From a virus (taxonomy: Duplodnaviria > Caudoviricetes): a stretch of DNA of 31,805 bases. The stretch is from positions 1 through 31,805 of IMG/VR virus record IMGVR_UViG_3300043171_000116. The stretch is one strand, 5' to 3'. A program made the translations under genes and the position numbers. Below are positions 17,465 to 23,607 of this stretch, piece after piece (positions within the stretch are counted from its first letter, which is position 1; every line of letters starts with the position of its first letter). A model generated the notes under the pieces. The model made no database searches, had not been told where the DNA came from, and was given only the letters and a program-made list of their open reading frames with translations.

Positions 17465-17885
17465 CGGCTTTTTCCTCCTCAGATATAAATATTTTTAGTA
17501 TGTTCTTTTTATTGTCGTTTAAAGCTGGTCGCATAAAAGGATAAGGTTTATGTCCCGAGGTTGTTATCCATCCATATCTTTCACTAAAGAAACGCCAGGG
17601 AGTTGTTCGGCCTCCTCCACCTTCTGCAAATCTACCAGTTCCAAACTCTATATATTTTGAGTATTCAACATTCGTCGAGACTGTAGCTGTAAGATCTTTT
17701 TTGTCTACAGCTTTAACTATAGAGCTTCTTAGATATCCAGTGTCAACATTCTTATTTGCAGTGATTATTAATTTAGCGTGAGTTTGGACAAGGTTGGAGG
17801 CTCTGGTTAAAGCTATAATTGTTCCTGAGTTGATATCCTTCTTTTTTTTATCGCCATACCAGACTAATTCCGTATCCAATGCCAT
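17454..17885 (-). CDS. HK97 gp10-like tail-joining protein (start revised to MALDTE)
   Basis: VDTGYLRSSI, YSKYIEFGTG, PYPFMRPAL. Confidence 0.9.
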   Translation of the reverse strand: MALDTELVWYGDKKKKDINSGTIIALTRASNLVQTHAKLIITANKNVDTGYLRSSIVKAVDKKDLTATVSTNVEYSKYIEFGTGRFAEGGGGRTTPWRFFSERYGWITTSGHKPYPFMRPALNDNKKNILKIFISEEEKAVVK

Positions 17886-17891
17886 GCCTAG

Positions 17892-17921
17892 ATTATACCC
17901 TACATAATAGACTCTTGTCAA
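17892..17921 (-). promoter_or_regulatory. consensus promoter of the tail operon, leaderless
   Basis: TTGACA-18 bp-TATAAT, then CTAGGC-ATG with no SD. Confidence 0.75.
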
Positions 17922-17939
17922 AATACCGCTTAAATTATG

Positions 17940-18323
17940 TTAAGTAGTTGTCATGATAATAATTGTCGATATGCTAAACCCTAATAAAGCACCTAGAAAG
18001 AAGTTATATATCTTATCAAGAATTGTTTCTGTCTTTTGCTTTTTTAATGATTTCTCTAATTCTGTTATTTGACTTTCCTTGAGACTTATTATTTTTTCGT
18101 ATGACTCCGATGTCATTGTTGAGTTGTTCTGTAATGTCACTATTGCCTTTTCTGAACTTTGTAATATTATCTCGTTCGTTTCCAATAGCTTGTCGGACTT
18201 CTCTGTCTCTATCACTATTTCGTTTGCTTCCTGATCCGTTAGAACCACCTCGCAAAACGCTGTAGATAATAAGGATAAGAATAGCAAGAACACAAATAAT
18301 AATTGTCGTAGTAATAAACGCAT
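17940..18323 (-). CDS. spanin-like protein: signal peptide or possible lipobox, acidic coiled coil, C-terminal TM
   Basis: MRLLLRQLLFVFLLFLSLLSTAF|C ... FFLGALLGFSISTIIIM; follows the holin. Confidence 0.6.
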   Translation of the reverse strand: MRLLLRQLLFVFLLFLSLLSTAFCEVVLTDQEANEIVIETEKSDKLLETNEIILQSSEKAIVTLQNNSTMTSESYEKIISLKESQITELEKSLKKQKTETILDKIYNFFLGALLGFSISTIIIMTTT

Positions 18324-18327
18324 CCAT
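18016..18327 (-). CDS. i-spanin-like protein: N-terminal TM plus basic coiled coil
   Basis: GGAGG SD, TAATG coupling to the holin; IIICVLAILILIIYSVL. Confidence 0.6.
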   Translation of the reverse strand: MDAFITTTIIICVLAILILIIYSVLRGGSNGSGSKRNSDRDREVRQAIGNERDNITKFRKGNSDITEQLNNDIGVIRKNNKSQGKSNNRIREIIKKAKDRNNS

Positions 18328-18524
18328 TATGCCTCCAATTTTTTAGATACTGTTTTACCTGTTAGCCCTACTGTAACAAGCCCCAAAGACAGAGCTACAC
18401 CGTTTACATCAAGTTTGCCAGTAAGTGCAAGGATAAGCCCTACAGCAACCCCAGAGACTACTATAATAATAGATAGTAACCTCATCATTGAATATGTTCC
18501 GTTATCTTCTTTTAGTATGCTCAT
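18327..18524 (-). CDS. holin (two TM helices)
   Basis: EDNGTYSMMRL then two hydrophobic helices and a basic tail; next to the endolysin. Confidence 0.75.
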   Translation of the reverse strand: MSILKEDNGTYSMMRLLSIIIVVSGVAVGLILALTGKLDVNGVALSLGLVTVGLTGKTVSKKLEA

Positions 18525-18526
18525 AA

Positions 18527-18955
18527 TTACCCCTTTTTACTAACCTTAACAACCCTTCTAATATCCATATTGTTTCTATAATGATTATCCCATACATCAA
18601 ACACATTGTACTCTTTACCTTTCTTTGATATTAAGTTAGTGAAATGTCCATAACCATAATTGATATAATTTACAATATAGAAATCATTTAAGGAATAATC
18701 TATATCTCCCTTATAGTGGTGTACTATTTCAAGGTTAAGGATGTGTTCAACTACAGCCCATATTATTAGATTGCCATTGGTATATCCATTGTATAGTATC
18801 AAATCTCTATCTAAATCTATAGGTGTTATCTTATTATCATTGATTAGATTATTTATATTACATAGAGAGGTTAAGAGACAACCAACGCTCCCGATTGTCT
18901 CACTTGAGTTGTTTAATGATTTATCTTTCCATAATGGGTCATTCTGGTAAAACAT
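18527..18955 (-). CDS. C39-like cysteine peptidase, probable endolysin (start revised to MFYQND)
   Basis: YQNDPLW..TIGSVGCLLTS (Cys), GHF (His), FDVW (Asp). Confidence 0.75.
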   Translation of the reverse strand: MFYQNDPLWKDKSLNNSSETIGSVGCLLTSLCNINNLINDNKITPIDLDRDLILYNGYTNGNLIIWAVVEHILNLEIVHHYKGDIDYSLNDFYIVNYINYGYGHFTNLISKKGKEYNVFDVWDNHYRNNMDIRRVVKVSKKG

Positions 18956-19217
18956 CTTTGACCTCTTTGGTTTCTTCTGTGACTTCAACATCAATTTCTG
19001 GAGTATCTTTCTTAGTAGCTTCCAGAATAGATTTTTCAGACTCTTCATTTATTTCAGTCCTCATCTTATCTTTAGCATCCTTCATTTGCTTATCAATGTT
19101 CTGCTTTTCCATATTCTGTTTAAACATAGTAAACATAACCCCAGCTTCACCACATGGCTTAGTCTCTAAGTAATTGTAGATGTTAATACATAATTGTTCT
19201 GGTAACTCGTAATTCAT
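18939..19217 (-). CDS. hypothetical acidic protein
   Basis: AAAGGAGAACAA-ATG; YLETKPCGE motif. Confidence 0.7.
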   Translation of the reverse strand: MNYELPEQLCINIYNYLETKPCGEAGVMFTMFKQNMEKQNIDKQMKDAKDKMRTEINEESEKSILEATKKDTPEIDVEVTEETKEVKDVLPE

Positions 19218-19268
19218 TTGTTCTCCTTTTTTCTCGGTTTAACAGGGAGTCACCGAAAACCCCACGAT

Positions 19269-19439
19269 TTATTTATCGTCTTTAGGTTTCTTCTTAATCT
19301 TAACCTCTTCAATCGGGTTGAATCTATCCATTCGTGTGGGTAGTTCAAGAATCCCTTGAGCATTACATTTATACTCGATTTTAACCCCGTTAATTATTTC
19401 TGATACATTGGTCTTTGGTATTGGCTTATGTTTTATCAT
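19269..19439 (-). CDS. small basic protein, possible paralogue of 25106..25351 (start revised)
   Basis: AGGAGG SD, own promoter. Confidence 0.6.
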   Translation of the reverse strand: MIKHKPIPKTNVSEIINGVKIEYKCNAQGILELPTRMDRFNPIEEVKIKKKPKDDK

Positions 19440-19455
19440 ACTTGCCTCCTGAGGT

Positions 19456-19484
19456 ATATTAACGCTTAACATCTGTTAAGTCAA
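19456..19484 (-). promoter_or_regulatory. promoter of the lysis operon with perfect operator palindrome
   Basis: TTGACT-17 bp-TAATAT; CTTAAC-N4-GTTAAG at 19465-19480. Confidence 0.7.
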
Positions 19485-19485
19485 A

Positions 19486-19689
19486 TTAGATCCATTTAAC
19501 TAATAATTGAGCTTGTGGTAATTGCTCTTTCAACATATTCTTTATTAAATTGATTGCCATCCGTTGTTTAATATCATCGCGACCTTTTACGTATATAGAG
19601 TAGCCTTCTACTTTTACAAGCATAAAATTAAACTTCTTTAAATTGTTAAGTGTTTCTGTTGCTATTAAATCTTCCTCATCCCTTGTCAT
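19486..19689 (-). CDS. hypothetical protein
   Basis: AAAGGAGAATAGA-ATG. Confidence 0.7.
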   Translation of the reverse strand: MTRDEEDLIATETLNNLKKFNFMLVKVEGYSIYVKGRDDIKQRMAINLIKNMLKEQLPQAQLLVKWI

Positions 19690-19709
19690 TCTATTCTCCT
19701 TTATATTAC

Positions 19710-19922
19710 TTATTTACGATCTAACCATTTTGGTCTAGTAGATTTATTATTAGCTTTCTTTCTTAACTCGTTAGGATCACCTTTCATTTTAATACGCCTT
19801 TTCCTTTCTTCTCTTTCTTGTGCTAATTTATATAAAAAAGGATCGTTACTAGCTGACCTGTTTGATATTAGGTATAATCCTTTTTCTTGCAACTCTCTTT
19901 CTGTCATTGTTCCAAATGTCAT
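19710..19922 (-). CDS. hypothetical basic protein (start revised)
   Basis: AAAGGAGAGAAT-ATG. Confidence 0.65.
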   Translation of the reverse strand: MTFGTMTERELQEKGLYLISNRSASNDPFLYKLAQEREERKRRIKMKGDPNELRKKANNKSTRPKWLDRK

Positions 19923-19944
19923 ATTCTCTCCTTTCAATCTAAAC

Positions 19945-20490
19945 CTATTTGTTTAAACCTTCCATCCAAGTTAAATCACCTAATCCACCCATAGAATCAG
20001 CATAGGCAAGCTCTTTGAGGTTATTAAACCATTTATGCTCCATTAGTCTTTTGCGCTTTTCTGGTCGCATTTCGTGAAGATGTTTAATTCTCATGTGATG
20101 TTCAATACAAAATAAAGCCTCGTGGTAAATGTCATTGAAATAATCATCACTCATAAAGATATCGTTAGCAATAATTTTACTATGCTTTTCGTGTCCATAG
20201 GCTGTAATTTTACCGTCAATTTCTTTAGTGACTTTAATTTTACCAACATCGTGAAGTAATGCACTCCATAAAGTAACCTTATTTATTACTCTAAGATTTT
20301 GTAAAACCTTTAATGTGTGATTCCCAACTTTTCCTTCTGGATGTACTTTTAAAGATTGTACTACAGATATCATTTGCCATAATTCTTTCAGTGGAACAAA
20401 TAGAGGTAATACAATATCCTCACTTGCTCCATGTTCTATCATAAATGCCTCTATTGCTTTCCTAACTTCTGGTGGTTTAATTTCTTTCAT
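19945..20490 (-). CDS. stand-alone HD-domain phosphohydrolase, CCA-adding-enzyme type
   Basis: HPEGKVGNHT, SALLHDVGK, YGHE, IEHHM, YADS; AAAGGAG SD before MKEIKP. Confidence 0.88.
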   Translation of the reverse strand: MKEIKPPEVRKAIEAFMIEHGASEDIVLPLFVPLKELWQMISVVQSLKVHPEGKVGNHTLKVLQNLRVINKVTLWSALLHDVGKIKVTKEIDGKITAYGHEKHSKIIANDIFMSDDYFNDIYHEALFCIEHHMRIKHLHEMRPEKRKRLMEHKWFNNLKELAYADSMGGLGDLTWMEGLNK

Positions 20491-20515
20491 ATATACTCCT
20501 TTTATCAATAATATT

Positions 20516-20545
20516 AAAAAATACTAGGGCAAACGAACCCAGTCA
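20516..20545 (-). terminator. terminator/attenuator hairpin upstream of the HD gene
   Basis: ACTGGG...CCTAGT followed by ATTTTTT; alternative 5' arm ACTGGGGC at 20595-20588. Confidence 0.55.
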
Positions 20546-20794
20546 TAGACATATGATTTCCCTATTATGGTACAAGCATACTACTTAGCCCCAGTCAAAC
20601 TAAGAACACCACCAATAGTTTTTAATGAACTATATCGGCTTGAAATGTATAATCACATCCAGATATCAACTCTGACATATTTAAACAGCAATTTAACCCA
20701 CTTACTGTGAGAGGTATCCTGCTCCTCCGCTCGACCTATGTACCGGTTTAGTGTCCCGTCTTATATACTACCCAGACAGTCAAAGGGCTATAAA

Positions 20795-20887
20795 AAAGAG
20801 CTTAATCTGTACTCCTTTCTTATGATACCACTCATAAACACCAACAACCGCCACAGTATTAGTTAAGGAATACAAATCAAACTCTTT
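20795..20887 (-). ncRNA. C4/CI-like cloverleaf antisense RNA
   Basis: 23-bp closing stem with four G-U pairs enclosing two hairpins with loops UGUGGCG and GUGGUA; complementary boxes upstream and downstream. Confidence 0.75.
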
Positions 20888-20893
20888 GTATTA

Positions 20894-20937
20894 TGTGGCA
20901 GTATGTTGTCATTAACAAGGCTGGTAACCTCTGACAA
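20894..20937 (-). promoter_or_regulatory. a1/b1-like target boxes of the antisense RNA
   Basis: Hairpin TTGTCA..AGG-TTACCAG-CCT..TGACAA, followed by CTGCCACA. Confidence 0.7.
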
Positions 20938-20942
20938 TTACA

Positions 20943-20971
20943 ATAATAACATTAATAACTATATTTGTACA
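20943..20971 (-). promoter_or_regulatory. promoter of the antisense RNA / HD operon
   Basis: TGTACA-17 bp-TATTAT with extended TG; predicted +1 at the start of the a1 hairpin. Confidence 0.55.
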
Positions 20972-21021
20972 TAACGTTTGTTAAGGTGTTTTGTTTTATT
21001 AAATTATCTTACTAATTATTG

Positions 21022-21050
21022 TTGACGCTTATTAAATAGTTTGATATACT
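21022..21050 (+). promoter_or_regulatory. strong sigma70-type promoter of plus-strand island 3
   Basis: TTGACG-17 bp-TATACT with extended TG. Confidence 0.8.
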
Positions 21051-21080
21051 ATAAACAGTTAGAGAGCAAAGGGAGATAAG

Positions 21081-21251
21081 ATGATTGAATTAGGAATGAG
21101 AGTAACGGACGGAGATATATGCGGAACAGTTGAGAGTATTAACACAGACCATTATGGGAATACATTCGTATTAGTTGGATGGGGTAAAGAGTTAAACCTT
21201 TACAATAACACAACGGTAAATATTAAACATTTAAGAGAGTTAAACTGGTAA
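21081..21251 (+). CDS. small SH3/KOW-like protein (56 aa, not in ORF track)
   Basis: AAGGGAG SD; MIELGMRVTDGDICGTVESI...VLVGW. Confidence 0.65.
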   Translation: MIELGMRVTDGDICGTVESINTDHYGNTFVLVGWGKELNLYNNTTVNIKHLRELNW

Positions 21252-21325
21252 CAATTGCCCTTCGGGGCTTAATATGATGAGAACTTTCGGTGGTCGTTTA
21301 TTAACCGTTTATTTGTGGGGGATAT

Positions 21326-21457
21326 ATGGATAAGTTAAAAGATAAAATTAAACAGTTTTTTTGTAGACATAAATACGGAAGGTCACATCTTGGATTAGGT
21401 AATAAATGTTTTATGACTATTACTAAGTGTAGTAAGTGTGGAAAGTTGGAGGATTGA
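21326..21457 (+). CDS. DUF1660-like small Zn-binding protein (43 aa)
   Basis: KQFFCRHKY...KCSKCGK. Confidence 0.65.
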   Translation: MDKLKDKIKQFFCRHKYGRSHLGLGNKCFMTITKCSKCGKLED

Positions 21458-21458
21458 T

Positions 21459-21740
21459 ATGGACAAAAAGAAGTTAGATAATTTTCAAGAAGCTATGAAA
21501 CCTATGATAAATCAAAACTTAGAAGGCTTATTGTATGATTTGGATTTATTACCAGAACAATTAAATACTGAGTGTGACGGCAAGAGATATTCTGCAATTA
21601 TTAATATGAAAGAATTGATTGAATCATTAAAGTGTTGTGGTAATTGTGGATGGCATAAGGATACTACATGTCTTCATCCAGAAGATAATTGCGAGCCATT
21701 TAATAAGCTTTTTAACTGGACACCTAAGGCAGTGGGATAA
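21459..21740 (+). CDS. Cys-rich hypothetical protein (start revised)
   Basis: GGAGG SD; LKCCGNC..C..C. Confidence 0.65.
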   Translation: MDKKKLDNFQEAMKPMINQNLEGLLYDLDLLPEQLNTECDGKRYSAIINMKELIESLKCCGNCGWHKDTTCLHPEDNCEPFNKLFNWTPKAVG

Positions 21741-21741
21741 T

Positions 21742-21870
21742 ATGGAAGCTGAAGCAATGGTAGGCGGTATTTTAAGAGGTGGCTATCTAATAGACGGGTT
21801 ATTTATATTTCATGCTGGTACTGTTAGATATGAAGCAAAAGATTTTAGATTAGTAAGGGTATTTGAATGA
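21742..21870 (+). CDS. small hypothetical protein (start revised to MEAEAM)
   Basis: Fills the gap; ATGA coupling to the next gene. Confidence 0.5.
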   Translation: MEAEAMVGGILRGGYLIDGLFIFHAGTVRYEAKDFRLVRVFE

Positions 21871-22058
21871 GTGATAAAGATGAAATAAAACTAAAAAAGT
21901 GCAAATGTGGAAACGAGCACATTAATATTGCTCATGAACATCATAATTTTTCTAGTTGGTGGAGCATTTGGTGCCCTAGATGTTGGCCTAAAACACATAT
22001 TATAAATACAGAAAGAAAAGTAGTCATTAAAGAGTGGAACGATGGGGAGAATAAATGA
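21867..22058 (+). CDS. Lar-like (restriction alleviation) Zn-ribbon protein
   Basis: LKKCKCG...IWCPRC...VIKEWN resembles the Lar pattern LKPCPFCG..C..C..AI..WN. Confidence 0.6.
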   Translation: MSDKDEIKLKKCKCGNEHINIAHEHHNFSSWWSIWCPRCWPKTHIINTERKVVIKEWNDGENK

Positions 22059-22408
22059 AAAGACCAAAAGAATGTTTAAGTCCAAATAAAGAAGATTGTA
22101 TTTTAGATATAGATTGCACTCATTGTCTTTATTGGCAAGATGAATTAACTAACCTAGAGACTTCATTCTATTATATTGATTGTTTATCTTTGGAGATGCC
22201 ACACAATAATCCAGAATTAAAATATATTAAAGATTTTAATACCGAACAGCAAGAAGAGATAGACAAGTTAAAGCGTGGAATAAATAGTCATAAAGCTCAC
22301 TGTGGAACACTTATGACTATGAGTAATATGCAAATGGAAGTAACTAAAACTCTTGGTAACGTTCTACGGGCTAACATGGGCAAACTATATACAGGGGAGG
22401 ATAAATAA
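22055..22408 (+). CDS. Cys-containing hypothetical protein
   Basis: GGGGAG SD, ATGA coupling. Confidence 0.65.
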   Translation: MKRPKECLSPNKEDCILDIDCTHCLYWQDELTNLETSFYYIDCLSLEMPHNNPELKYIKDFNTEQQEEIDKLKRGINSHKAHCGTLMTMSNMQMEVTKTLGNVLRANMGKLYTGEDK

Positions 22409-22560
22409 TGACAGCATGGGAGTACTGCAAGACGCAAGGGGTAACAATGAAGCAATTATCAACTGTTACCGAACAAAGCCTTGAGACGCTTAAGAATTGG
22501 TATCAGAACCCAAAGAAAAGAAAGGTGTTTGAATTAGTTATTAAAGGGATGGATAAATGA
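22408..22560 (+). CDS. small Cro-like HTH protein (50 aa, not in ORF track)
   Basis: MTAWEYCKTQGVTMKQLSTVTEQSLETLKNWY; GGGGAGG SD. Confidence 0.65.
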   Translation: MTAWEYCKTQGVTMKQLSTVTEQSLETLKNWYQNPKKRKVFELVIKGMDK

Positions 22561-22673
22561 AGTTTAAAATCAAGGAAGTAGGAAGTATTATTGTTGGTGT
22601 TTCTATTAAATTAGGACTTATTTTTATGGTCGCAATGATTATTATTGGATTTATTGTAAAGTCTTTGAGTTAG
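22557..22673 (+). CDS. small single-TM membrane protein (38 aa)
   Basis: ATGA coupling; LGLIFMVAMIIIGFIV. Confidence 0.55.
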   Translation: MKFKIKEVGSIIVGVSIKLGLIFMVAMIIIGFIVKSLS

Positions 22674-22701
22674 TGATTAAGGGTATACAAAAGGAGAGAG
22701 T

Positions 22702-22893
22702 ATGAAGAAAGAATTAAAAGAGTTTTTAGATGGATTAACAGAATTGTCATTAAAAACAGGGGTTACGATTGGTGGGTGTGGTTGTTGTGGATCTCCATAT
22801 ACAACTAATGAATCAATAAAAGGGAAATATTCATATAATATTATAGATGATGATGTTGAGGATGTTTGTTGGGATGAATATAAGGAAAGTTAA
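22702..22893 (+). CDS. hypothetical protein with GGCGCCGSP motif
   Basis: AAGGAGAGAGT-ATG. Confidence 0.7.
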   Translation: MKKELKEFLDGLTELSLKTGVTIGGCGCCGSPYTTNESIKGKYSYNIIDDDVEDVCWDEYKES

Positions 22894-22932
22894 CCTATAA
22901 GTTAACAGTATAAGCGTATAAGGAGAACGAGT

Positions 22933-23082
22933 ATGAAGTTTTTAAAACAACTATTCTGTAAACATAAAAATTATACTGTTATGACTACTGGATATGTAGC
23001 AACAGAAACATGCACTACAACTTTTAAACATGAGGGATGTATTTGTAATGATTGCGGGAAAGTATTTGTAAGATATGTTTAA
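22933..23082 (+). CDS. DUF1660-like small Zn-binding protein, second copy (49 aa)
   Basis: KQLFCKHK...CNDCGK; AAGGAG SD. Confidence 0.65.
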   Translation: MKFLKQLFCKHKNYTVMTTGYVATETCTTTFKHEGCICNDCGKVFVRYV

Positions 23083-23105
23083 GGCTATACAGTAAGGAGA
23101 AGTAA

Positions 23106-23270
23106 GTGAAAGAGTTTAAATTAGTTTATGAAGATATATCTTCTATAGAGGATGTTGTTAATAGAGAATTAAAACAAGGGTATGAGTTAAGAGGAAATAT
23201 AATTATTGATGGAGACAGGGATTTTGTGCAAGTCTTAACAAGAGATAAAGAGCCGAAGGAGACACTATGA
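23106..23270 (+). CDS. DUF1737-like small protein (54 aa)
   Basis: VNRELKQGYELRG...FVQVL; AAGGAG SD with GTG start. Confidence 0.6.
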   Translation: MKEFKLVYEDISSIEDVVNRELKQGYELRGNIIIDGDRDFVQVLTRDKEPKETL

Positions 23271-23434
23271 ATAGATGGAGACTATTAGAGAAGAGGAAGA
23301 AGCTGGAATGTCAAAGAAAAGAGATGCAATTTATAAATGATAGTTTCTTGGATAAATGGAATACTAGAGAAATGATTAAAGAAGAGTTAAGAGCTTTTGG
23401 TAATAGATTAAACATTTACGTTACTACTGAATAA
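23267..23434 (+). CDS. small hypothetical protein (55 aa)
   Basis: AAGGAG SD, ATGA coupling. Confidence 0.55.
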   Translation: MNRWRLLEKRKKLECQRKEMQFINDSFLDKWNTREMIKEELRAFGNRLNIYVTTE

Positions 23435-23439
23435 CCAAC

Positions 23440-23457
23440 GCCCTCAGTTAAGAGGGC
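23440..23457. terminator. hairpin between convergent genes
   Basis: GCCCTC-AGTTAA-GAGGGC; weak U tracts. Confidence 0.45.
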
Positions 23458-23606
23458 TACCTGTTTTGTCTTATCGCTCTACAGAGTTCATAGTCATCTA
23501 TAGTTAATGGTCTACCAGCTTTTAATTTAGCGTCGATTATCTTCTTAGCCTTAACCGGATCTATCTTCTTAACCTTCTTAGGTTTATTTACTTTCTTATC
23601 AAACAT
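23457..23606 (-). CDS. small Lys-rich protein (49 aa, not in ORF track)
   Basis: GGAGG SD; MFDKKVNKPKKVKKIDPVKAKK... Confidence 0.6.
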   Translation of the reverse strand: MFDKKVNKPKKVKKIDPVKAKKIIDAKLKAGRPLTIDDYELCRAIRQNR

Positions 23607-23607
23607 C

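Noticed and set aside
20795-20887. Cloverleaf as a tRNA
   Set aside because: Only two inner hairpins, a 23-bp closing stem, and no TTC loop, D loop or CCA end
21270-21310. ATGATGAG as a hammerhead ribozyme core
   Set aside because: Not CUGAUGA, and no correctly placed GAAA or stems
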